Shown: in pieces, positions 24,218-34,840 of the stretch
Position numbering within the stretch: position 1 is the first letter of the stretch
Layout: the number at the start of each line of letters is the position of its first letter
DNA from: Marsupella aquatica
Lineage: Eukaryota; Plantae; Marchantiophyta
Length of the DNA stretch: 64,000 nucleotides
Direction: 5' to 3'
NCBI GenBank assembly: GCA_973895155.1
Contig: OZ316892.1
Location: 25,443,233 to 25,507,232, forward strand
The notes under the pieces: generated by a model
What the model was told of the DNA's origin: nothing
Seen by the model: only the letters and a program-made list of their open reading frames with translations
Databases searched by the model: none
Position numbers and translations under genes: made by a program

Positions 24218-27200
24218 CTAATCATCTCTTGTTTCCTCAACACTTCCAACAACTCCTGAAGAGTCAAGTCCTATGATTTCCTCCTCTCCAACTTCTATCT
24301 CTGGTATTGATAGAATGGTATCTTGAACATCAACATCTAAATCCACCATGCCTTTGCCATCATCTTCCTCAATGTTGTCCACCAGGTTTAGAATTCTCCC
24401 TTTCAAGACACTACTCTGGCGCTCATCAATTTCTACAGCAACACAATGTCTTCCTTGTGCCAAAGAGGAAGACAATCATGTGCCTGACCCTGAACAAATA
24501 TCTAGCACCCAGTCTCCAACCTGGCTAAAGTGGGTAACTTCCCAATCCAATAACACTCTTGGCTTCTGGTAAAAGTTCACCATCTTATTGTCCCCGTTGT
24601 GTTTCAACTTATTGGTCACAGCTGGACACAATCACATTATTTCGAGACTCATTAGTCTCAAAATTGAAATGCTCCAAAGACCGTTTCCCATCCTGACTAT
24701 GAAAGCCAATGGTGAAACACTCAAAATTGCTGTTAAGCCTTGCACCTCCTGCATTCTTAACATTGTCTTTCACCCTGCAAAAACCAAAACTTGCATTATG
24801 GATTTGTTTCAAAATCAAACATCATGAAATCATGAACACCAAAAAAACATATTCACCTTTTGAAATGTTTCTTACCAAATACAATTCTGGAAACCACCAT
24901 TACACTCAGCTTTCAAGATAGTCTTGATAGCATCATACTGGTCAATACTATGATGAATGATAATTCGCCAAAGATTTGCCTTGGTGACAACCTTGAAGGA
25001 CTGAACCATCTTGGTCACCTCTTCCACACCCCATCCAACATTGTCTTCGTGAAGACAAGCAGTCATTCCAAACCCATAAGGAATATCTGCCAAAGCCAAT
25101 GTGTAAGCTCGTGATGGGATTACCTCGTGCAACCGCTGAGCATCGTGTGTAAAGATATCATAGTACACATCCCCAAACTGTGGATGCTCAAAAGCATTAG
25201 GATGAAGTTCACTTCCCTGGGTCTCTTGGCAAGATTTCTTCATTGCCAACCAGTTCTATGCTTGTGCAATATGTGCATTGAACTTATCTGGGAAAGACTT
25301 CAACTCTTTGCTTTCTTCATTCTCTCCCTTCTTTTTCCGGGAGCTGCTGTCTTTCTGAGAAAACAAAATTGGGTACATGAGATTCCTACATACTTAAGAA
25401 TAAAACTGTAAAACAAATGCTCAATCAATCTCAAATAAACTTACCCAAGTCTGGAAGACAGGAACAAAATTCTTTAGCACATTATCAGTGCAGTGTTCTG
25501 GGTACTTGGTTTTGCAATTCTTCCAACTCTCTTCGTGAAGACAGGTAAGAAATGCTTTTTGAACTTGCATTTGGAATTTGTGTCGTTGAAATTCCTGTCC
25601 CATCTCTTGAAGAGATAATTCCTTTGCCAAAACCCTTTGTAGCACTGGACAGATCATGTCCGGATCTTTCAATGCCTGCATGTGTCTCCACTTAGTCAAC
25701 TTCATATCCTCACATAGCATTTTAGCATCTCCAGACTTGGACATCTTTTTCTTGGTCTTATCTCCTTTCTGTCCTTTTATCTCACAAATTCTCCCATCTG
25801 TCAAAGATCTGCCGTATGAAAGACCAAACAAGATCCTTACGAAATGCCAACTGAAATAAATTATCATTGGCATTCAGAACCTCAGAATCTTTACGTACAC
25901 CCCAGTCCTTTAGATTGATTTCAGTGGCACACTCCTTGAAATCAACATTTGATGATGATCCATTCTCTACAAATCGCATGTGAATGTAATTCACTCTTTG
26001 GATGGTGCTCATTTGTTGACGAAATTCAGAGTCTATATTATGACTCCAAGCTAAGTTCCTTGCTTCCTGGATAGACAGACCTGCAAAGATCCAAGATTGC
26101 ACTCTCCTGTACGACTTGTTGTTGGGAAATTGTAATGCTAGGTCTGCCTTTGCACAAGCAGAATGATTTCCCCCAATCACGTAATAGTGGTAATCATTCT
26201 TTTTTGAGAAATCAAAATCAGCTCGAGTTGGGCACTCCTTGGGATCAACCAAGAGAACAAAAGGTGCTGCCAATGGACTAGCTCCAGCTGCTTTCATCCT
26301 TGTTGTCAACTGTGTAAGAAAGTAGGGCTGGATATGCCTTACTTGGTACACTGGCAACTCCAAAGATTTCTCCCGGACAGGTGGGTGAAGTTGTGCAATG
26401 TCAATTATGATTGTCTCCTCTTGAACTCCACACCTCATCAAAATCCCTTCCTGGTACACCACCCGAGCATCCATAGACATAGATTGAGCCTTCTACTCCA
26501 GATGAGTGGGGACTTTTCCAATGTCTGCTTCTTGGATTTTGGTGGACTTGGTCTTGCACCTTGAGAACCCTCTGGTCCACGTTTCTTTGATGAAGTTCGA
26601 GTACCGGTAGTGCCTTGTGCTGATCCTCCAGTCACAGTTGTCCCCTCTTGTGATCTTGCAATTTGTGAACCAGCACCAGATATTGGAGATGTAACAACCA
26701 TCTTTCTTGCTGGGACAGAACTCGGACGAGATCCGGAAGGAGCAGAAGAAGGACCAGACTTTGGTGGACGGGCACTAGCACTCTTCTCTGCTGCTTTTCG
26801 AAGAATCTCCCTAGACTTTCGAATTGCACTCTTCAATGTGCTAGCATGATGTTCAAACACAAAACCAGCAATGAGCTCTGCAATCTCATCGTAGCTTTCT
26901 TCTGCAGACAGATTCTTCACCTTCTCAATAATCATCTCAATGTCATCAGGCAAGTAACAATGCGCAGCTCTTCCAGAAAATCTCTCACTGTCAACTGCAA
27001 TCAGTGTAGATGTCTCCTTTGTTGTGATAAGCATATTGAGGACATCAGCCCCTCGTCGAAAGACATCAATCCGGCCATAATTCACCCAACCAAGACCTCC
27101 AGAAGGCAAGGTCTCGTAGATGCACAACATCAAAAAAGGCTTCTTCCATGATTCTGTACCCAATGATATTGTCCAGGAAGAGTTTCCAAAATCTGTCAAT

Positions 27201-27265
27201 GGATGCTCAACGAAAATAGCGTCTAACACCTTCTCCTGTAATTTTGGTTCAACCATTCTGACATC
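24218..27265 (-). pseudogene. ParB/Srx-like domain + beta-class N6-adenine/N4-cytosine DNA methyltransferase fusion, spliced and disabled; 5' end unresolved
   Basis: Introns at 24775-24875 and 25355-25444, probably also 27266-27361 (all GTAAG...CAG). ParB-like part: YQVR..LTTRM..PFVLLV..YYVIGGNHSACA..LSIQEARNLAWSHN..MSTIQRV. MTase part: LALADIPYG (motif IV, DIPY 25076-25087), CIWVKDN, NFYQKPRVLLDW..SQVGDWVLDICSGSGT*LSSSLAQGRHCVAVEIDE (motifs X/I/II). Stops at 26493, 25256 and 24476; frameshifts near 26515, 25785 and 24625. Confidence 0.85.
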
Positions 27266-27579
27266 CTGAAATCAAGTCCAACAATGCAAAGTCAGCTTTG
27301 TTTGTTTTTCAAGTTCAGTTGCAGAATTCAGGTTCATGATTTCATGAAGCAAGGTTCTTACCTTGACAGTGTGAGTCGGAAGTTGAATTTGCAGCGCCTG
27401 AGCCTAGACGGTTGTTCCCGCTTAGAAGAGTGTCACTGGTGTTTTTCTCCCTGATTTTGGCTTAGCTTATGTCCTTCACCTCCCTGGCAGATGCCCGAGC
27501 TGATCGACCCCTCCCCACTTAATGTCGTTTGCAATGTCCTCCCCGATTTGGACCTCGTCTCTTCGGCGATGGACCTCCC

Positions 27580-28085
27580 TTGGCCCTTCGACAGTTTCTC
27601 CTCCCCCGTCCTTTGCCAATTTCTTCCTCCCCTGGCGCTTCGACTATTTCCCCTCGATCCCCCAACCTTTGACGCTTCAGCCCCACGCCTCGACACATTT
27701 TCTTCCCCCCGGCCTCAACACTTTTTCCTCCCCCCGCGCCTCGACACTATTTCCTCTCCCAGGCCTTTGCCAATTTTGCCTCCCCGAGGCCGGCGCTTCT
27801 TCCCCGTGCCCCTGGCCGCGCCTCGACAATTTTTCCCCTCCCCGAGGCAATTTTTCCCCGCGCACCTGGCCGCGCCTTGACAATTTTTCACCTCCCTGAG
27901 GCTGGCGCTTCTTCCCCGCGCCCCGGCTGCGCCTCGACAATTTTTCCTCCCCCCGGCCTTTGCCAATTTTTCCTCCCTCCCCTGGCCTTCAAGAATTTCT
28001 CTCCGCTCCCCTGAATTTTGCCAATTTCCTCTCCCCAGGCCTTCGACAATCCCCTTCCCGAGCGCAAACTTGCACGACAGCTTTT
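27580..28085. repeat. GC-rich degenerate tandem repeat array inside the DNA transposon
   Basis: Recurrent gcctcgacaatttttc(c)tcccc, ggcctttgccaatttt and ggcgcttcttccccg units. Confidence 0.8.
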
Positions 28086-28418
28086 GATCTTGCTGCCTCC
28101 TAACCAAATTTCTTCCACTCCCTTACACGATTAATCCTCTGTTCCACGACCGATCTACGCCTCAACAGTCAGGAAATTACAAAGCTGCACCAGATGTTGG
28201 TCCGCCCCCCGATTTTCTGTTCCAGTTTAGGGATTCAACCCAACTCCTATTCAGACCACACCAATCACTGAGGGAAGAGCTTTCCACAGCACCAAGCATC
28301 AGCCCACCATAGCTCTTCGCCAAGGTTCCTTTCCGTTCGCCCTTTGCAGATGCACGCCCACACTCCAAGCACCTGACAGTCCAATTTGTCTCAAACTTAG
28401 CATTTTCTAATTTTTGGG

Positions 28419-28494
28419 TTCATGAATTCATGAAGCTTTCGCCACCTCCACTTCAGGAATCCAGGAAGGTCGTAACCCTTCATGAATTCATGAA
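28419..28494. promoter_or_regulatory. Two perfect 16-bp palindromes TTCATGAATTCATGAA, 60 bp apart, in the divergent intergenic region; putative protein-binding sites
   Basis: 28419-28434 and 28479-28494, with a degenerate copy at 28452-28467. Function is inferred only. Confidence 0.55.
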
Positions 28495-29096
28495 AGGGAA
28501 TCAAGTATCATTTGAAAGAATCTAGTAAAAAGTCAAAATTTGGGCCCAAAATAACCAATACCATGGGTAAAAGAAATACAAGAAAAAACCAAGAAAACCT
28601 CTAAAAACAAAGGTCATTGAAGACATTTTTGGTTGCAATTGAATAGTCTCCAAAAACATCAAAGAAAACATGGGGTAAAAATGACCAATGCATTACTGAT
28701 ACACTATCTTAAGAGTTTAGCATGAAAACATATGCTTTAAGTAAAAAATAAAATTATGAGAAGTCTCACAATATTTCAGGAGAAGACTTCACATGAATGA
28801 ATTAACCAAGTCTCCAAGAACTCTAATGAGTATTAGAAACCTGAAAACATAAGTAAACCTGTGCGATTTGAATAAATAATAAACTATTTTCTCATGAAAG
28901 ATTTCTTTCCTTTTCACTAATTACTAATGAGGGGGCCTGGCCCTTTTCCTTATTTTATTGCTAATTAAGTTTTTGAGTTATTTCCAAAATCTATAAAAGG
29001 GGCTTGGTATTCATGACTCTATCTCATTTCAATTTTTCAGTTTGAGTTCATTTGGTGTTCTAGGTGTTCCCTTGTGAGTTTTGTGCAATTTTTGAA

Positions 29097-32000
29097 ATGG
29101 CAGCCTGTTATGAGTCAGACGATTATTCGGATGGTATTTCGGATAATGTTTCCTTCCCGGATTGTCATTGTCCTGTTACTTCTCCAGATGCTCCTAGTAA
29201 AACCACTATTTTGGAGATGCTTCCCCCAACTCCAATGAGTAAGTTGAAAGGAAAGGCTCTAAGTGTACCAAATATTCAGCAAAAAGTATTTGGTCCTTGT
29301 CTGAGTGAGCACTCTGAGTCTTCGGACTCATCTGAGAGTACAAGTCCCCCTGGCCGTCAAGTATTATCGAATCCTTCTCAAAGAGGGGTTAAATTGGGTG
29401 TGCGTTCTGTAGGCCCTCAACATAGTGGAGATGTGAAAAAGAGGACTCATGAATTCATGAAGGCCAGATCTGGAGATGTGTCAAAAATGCCCAGTGAAAA
29501 CCCAAAAGTGGATTTTTGTGCATTCCGGGAAAGTCGTGGTGTGCAACATGCACCAATGAAAGAGAGTGAGTATTCTCGTCCTACATCTTTCAGATTTCAA
29601 GAAGGAGTGAGAGCGGAAACAAGGAGGCCGCTTGGAACTGAGACTAATTCAAACAAGGAGAGGATCAATTTGAGAAGATCTCCAGGGAACTTTGATCGTT
29701 TGGCTGAGGTTGGAAGCGGATCTAAGCCGGCATACAACAAGGGCAAGAAGAAGGTCTTTGAGGAGATTCCAAACAAGAGGCCAAGAGAGTCAACCGAAGG
29801 TGGTTTCTTTGGAGATTCAGATGGAAATCGATCAAACTCACTCCTTTTGAGAGTGAAGGAGGAGCCATTGAGTCCTCGAGGGCCTGCTCGAGGCCGGGTG
29901 AGGAGGGGTTTGTCTGCATACCAACTTGATAAACTTGTGGAGATATCTTCTTCAATCGAAGAATCTTCTTCTGAGAGTGATGGAGAGCCCGCAGAGAGAG
30001 TTATGATGGCTAATAAACGACCGTCAAATCTCAGCTTGTGTGAAACAAAGATGACAGACGAGGATATCAAGAAGACAAATCGTAAGTACTGCTGTCAACG
30101 TCATTGTCTCCTGAGTCTTTCACCAAAACAAATTCGTGAAGCACGCTCAAAGTTTTTGAGGCAAAAATCTCAGGATCGATCTTTATCTTTGCAGTGGCTC
30201 GTCAAGCAAGACGGAAATGAAGAGGGGAGGTCCAATGTCACATACATGATTGGACAAAGAGATGTGTGTCGGAAAGCTTTCAAGATGGTCTTTTGTGTAG
30301 GAAATGAGAGATTGAATAGGATCAAGAAGCTAGGCAATCAAGATCTTGCTTATCCTAGACCAGCTGGTCGACCTCCATCTATGAGAACATTGGTATTGAG
30401 CTCTTGGTTGAAGTCTTTTTTTGAGACTCGTGTGGAGACTCTACCAAATAAAGATGTTTCACATTTGCCTGATAATTATTCCAAACTAGAAGTTTGGAAA
30501 ATATATGATTCAAGCTATGTGATCACTGATGAGTCATCCAAAATATCATATCGGCAATTTTTAAAAGTATGGTCACAAGACTTTGGGCATGTGAAGATTC
30601 TTCCTGTGAATCGTTTTAGTGCTTGTGCGGACTGTGAGGAATTCAAAACGATTCGAGACAAAGGAGTCTCTGAAACTGAAAAACGTAAGTCATTTTCATT
30701 TTTGTTGTTTTGAACATGTCTTTGTATTAGATTTGTCAGGAAATCAATTGAGTAATGGCTAAACATTAGGAATGAATTTCAAGTTAACAACGTTGCTCTA
30801 CCATTTTTGGATTCATTGCAGGGAGAGGAGAAATAATGTTACAAAAACATCGAGAACAACAATCGAAAGAGCGGGAAAAACTAGCAAAGCATCGAAAGAA
30901 ATGTTTCACAAACCCAGAAAAATATTTGGGAGTTGTGATTGATGGAATGGATCAAAAAAAGACTAGATTACCCCATTGGCCACGTCCTCCAAAATCGGTT
31001 GATAAGGCCTGTTTAATCCAAATGCATGTGGTTGGTTGTCTTCTTTTCCACGAAGCACTATTTTCTAGGGTGTTCCTTAATTATCCAGTTCTTCATAATG
31101 ATGGAAATCTTACCATTACTATTTTACAAAGAGTATTCCTAGAATACCAAGAGAAGTATGGGGGCCTTCCACTAGTTTTTTACCTTCAGCTTGACAATAC
31201 AAGTAGGGAAAACAAAAACAATTTACTTTTCACATATCTTCACATGCTGGTACAAAAAAAGGTATTTCGAAAAATCAAACTTGGATTCCTCTTAGTTGGA
31301 CACACCCATTATCAAATAGATCAGATGTTTAGTAGGTTCTCAAAAAGGCTTGGAAGATTTAAGGCCTTTACCTATGATAGTTTATGTAAGATTATTCAAG
31401 AATCTTACCAACCCCAACCTGAAATTACCCTTTTAAATGAGACATATGATTTTCGAAAATTTGCTTTCTTAGAGCCTGCTTTGATCAGAGAAAGGATACG
31501 AAATGTTACTTTTCATCACCAATATAAAATTTCTTTTGCTTGTGAAGATGATCAAGTTCCAACACAATGGGGGAAGAAATTTTCCACCGACACGGTTTGG
31601 AAACCAGAAGGAGGTGTTAAGTTGTTGAAAGAAGACATGCCACCAAAGGTGATTGGGTGCTCTGATGGGATGCCACTTATCAAGAAAGGAGATAAGAAAC
31701 GAGATGACGGAAGGGCGGGAAATCAAGCTCATGTATCATCTTCAGGAAAAATGACCCTTTCCGAAATGGATGATTGTTTGAATGAAATTCAAAAAGGTAT
31801 ATTTGCAGCTCAAATATTATTCTCGGAAGAAGAAGTTGTTTGGTGGACTTCTTTTTTTGAGGAAAAAAGAGAATTCAATCGATCTCTCTTGCTTGAAGAA
31901 AGACCTTTGATCTCTCCATTTGAATGGCCCAAGGCACAAGGGGATACAAATGTTGAAGCTGATCTCAGAGCTAAACCTCTTACAACTATATTGAATGAGG

Positions 32001-32569
32001 AAGAAATTGAAGAGAGAGTGTACGGTCCAACTAGAGAAATTTATGTTGGTCCATATCGAAATCAAGAAAAGATAGATGCAGAGAAGGAGAATATGGAAGG
32101 TGATTTTTCGGATTTGGAAATCAACACATTTATTTCTGTGGCCGGAGAGAAGTCTGAATCATTTTGGGTGGCTAAAGTAGAAAAAATTGTTCTTCGCGAT
32201 GAGGCTCACATCCCAAAGATTATCTCAGTTCTGTGGCATGCAGCAAAGAAAGGATCCGACCCTTGGAAAGGAAAATATCTGCCAGAAGTGTTGAGTTACG
32301 AGAAGAAGAAAAGTGGACGAGGCAAGGGAACCTTGAAACCAGTTTGGTTTCGTCAAGACCTTGATCTGTCTTCAACTATGGTCTTTGCATATAATTTTAT
32401 GCTAACAAGGTCTGGTACTCTTTACAAGAAAACAATAGATCGTATTAAAATACGACTCTCAGAATTTCTCAAGGAGGAGAAAGACCAAGAAGGTGAAGGT
32501 AGCATAGTTAGAAATTATCAACAAGAAACTTCAATGGAAGTTCCTCTAGAAATGAATGGTAGGAATTAA
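29097..32569 (+). CDS. Transposase, Sola-like RNase H-fold (DDD/E) family; exons 29097-30684 and 30822-32569, ~1111 aa, uninterrupted
   Basis: Intron 30685-30821 (GTAAGT...TGCAG) joins the two ORFs in frame. Cys motifs YCCQRHCL, VCRKAF and FSACADC; core IDGMDQKKT, YLQLDNTSRENKN, FLLVGHTHYQIDQMFS; TATA-like ctataaaa at 28991. The superfamily call is from motif memory plus the 4-bp TSD. Confidence 0.85.
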
Positions 32570-33215
32570 GATTTACCAATCTTAGCAATTTTGTCAAACA
32601 AGAGTATTTGCAATTTATTATTGTTTGAGTTGGTGGCAAACCATAAATGTTGTGAATGATGAATTCATGAATTCATGAATGATATTGAAAGAAGTTTGAC
32701 ATTTTGAGAATGTCCATCGTGTGGGCAGTCTTGTTTGAGAAATTCAGAAAACAAAATATCAACTAATAGAGGTACCTTCTAGAATCTCATATATATGTGG
32801 AAGCTTTTGATATACTCGTCATTCCCTTTGTGTGAATGATGGTTTTTCTTGGTAAATGAACCCTAGGATCCTACAAACTGCAAAATAATTTGGACATCTT
32901 GACCCTCTTTTAAAAACTTTACATATTTGGGATGTCAATAAACTTTAGGGTGGTATTTCAATGGTGAATGTGTTATTGAGCCGATTGAATGTGTGCAAGT
33001 AGTAAATTGCAACATTGAAATATGTGGTATTTGCTATTAAATGTTTCCCACAACCAGTTTTGTGATTTTGAGTAGTCAAAATGATGCCATATTTTGTGTT
33101 TTTTTGCAAGTTTTGAGTTCTTGCCAAAAAAAGAGCTTGTTTTTAGATGCATTTTTTGCCTTTTTCCATATTTTCAAGGTTTTTTTATCATTAGTTCTTA
33201 TACATTGGGCTTATT

Positions 33216-33239
33216 ACCCATCCTTTAAGGCTTCATGTT
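33216..33239 (-). repeat. Right terminal inverted repeat
   Basis: ACCCATCCTTTAAGGCTTCATGTT. Confidence 0.93.
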
Positions 33240-34840
33240 TAGTATAATTTTCCAGAAAGTGAGGGAGTTGGGGCTGGACCCCACACATCACTATGTACAT
33301 ACTCAAGTATAGCTTTGGTATTGTGAGTTCCAACACCAAAGTTTCTCCTGTACTGCTTCCCAAGCACACAGTGTTCACAAAAATCTAACTTAGTAGATTC
33401 CAAATTAGAAAGAAGTTCTTTCCTGCAAAGTACCGCCAAACCTTTTTCACTCATGTGTCCCAATCTGCAGTGCCACAACTGAGTCATCTCGGCTTGAGAT
33501 CTAGTTACATTGGCTTCTTCACAAATCACGTTGCCCTCCAACAAGTATAGATTCCTGTGCCGCTTACCCTTTATGACAACCTTGCCTCCGGTTGACACTT
33601 GAAGAATACCATCAGCAGAACTCCACCGACATCCATTTGCTTCCAGCATTCCAAGAGAAATCAAGTTCTTTTTCATGTCAGGTATGTGTCTAACATTACT
33701 CACTGTTTGCACAGCTTCATCAAACATCCAAATTTTCACGGATCCAATTCCAACAATTTGACAAGGATGATCATTCCCCATCAACACGGAACCGATTGAT
33801 ACTGAGTAAGAACTAAAAACCTCTTTCATACAATAAATATGATAGGTACAAACACAATCTAAAATCCATTCATCACCGTTGTTACTGGATGAAATGCAAA
33901 GGGCAACATCTTGACTTCACAAGATTTCATCATCAAACAAGTCAATCATATCAACATCAGTGGCTGTGTTCGTTGATGGTTGATGAGTCTGCTTGACTCA
34001 ACAGTCTCTTTTCATGTGGCCGGGCTTGTTACATTTCCAACATATAATCGGTTTCTTTTCTAGAGATTTCTCTCTAGACCTGGATCTAGACTTAGACCGA
34101 GCCTTCTCCTTGCCTCTATTCCGTGAGGGGTATGATTGTGGAAAGGACCTATTTTCACTAGTCATCCGTTGTTGAGTCCTCCCGTGGTTGACATTCAACA
34201 CACTGCCAGATGAAGATAGTGTCTGGGTATGACCTAGTTTCTTTTGTGCATCATCTGACAGCAAAGAGCTTACCACCTCATCATATGAAATGGTTTTGAG
34301 GTCTCTATACAAGAGAACCTGCTTCAAACCTTGATACGATGGGGGTAAGGAGCTGAGAAGAAGCAATGTCTTATCTTCATCTTTCACTCCCTTGCCAAGA
34401 TTTGACAAATCTACAGCTAGGCTATCGAATTCATCCAAGTGATCTCAAAGCTTGCCGCCCCTCAAGCTCATCAAGAGAGACTTCTTGTACAACCAATCTG
34501 AGGCATCCTCACGGTAGTACTTCTCTCTGACGGCCTTGAATAAGGATACGCAATTCTCATAATCGTCCAGCTTCTTAATGATATGCGGCTTCAGATACAA
34601 CAAAATCGCATTCACAACGATCACTTGCTCCTGCCTCCATTTCCTCAACGGGATCTCCTCCTCACTGCTAGACTCCTCCTGAGTCGATAGCAGATGATCT
34701 AGGCCCATTGCACGAAGAATTCCCTTAACTTGCTTCTCCCATAGCAAATAATCCATGCGCCCATCATACTTTTCCACCTCAAACTTGACACCTCCAAATT
34801 TGGATGCCATCTCTATCCTGTCGCCGTTCTCCATGTGCAA
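33240..34840 (-). pseudogene. copia-2 gag, protease and integrase N-terminus, decayed
   Basis: KFEVEKYDGR, CWKCNKPGHMKRDC, WILDCVCTYH, HCRLGH...CEHC, HSDVWGP. Confidence 0.95.

Larger units (their letters stand above)
23897..33239 (+). mobile_element. Two-gene TIR DNA transposon (~9.3 kb): Sola-like transposase plus ParB-like/amino-methyltransferase cargo gene
   Basis: Perfect inverted 19-mers GAAGCCTTAAAGGATGGGT (23902-23920) and ACCCATCCTTTAAGGCTTC (33216-33234), each 5 nt from the end (AATAA / AACAT). TSD TAGT at 23893-23896 and 33240-33243 (TAGTA also possible). Removing the element restores copia SGKLYYVTFIDD. Confidence 0.93.

Noticed and set aside
24218-27265. Bacterial contamination as the source of the ParB-MTase
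   Set aside because: The gene has spliceosomal introns and lies within TIRs and a TSD inside a plant copia element.
27433-28118. Overlapping Arg/Gly/Pro-rich ORFs as a third transposon gene
   Set aside because: They are open in several frames because of the GC-rich repeat, and no in-frame splice to the ParB-MTase exons could be built without stops.
29597-30070. 157-aa antisense ORF in the transposase
   Set aside because: Shadow of a Ser/Glu-rich coding strand.
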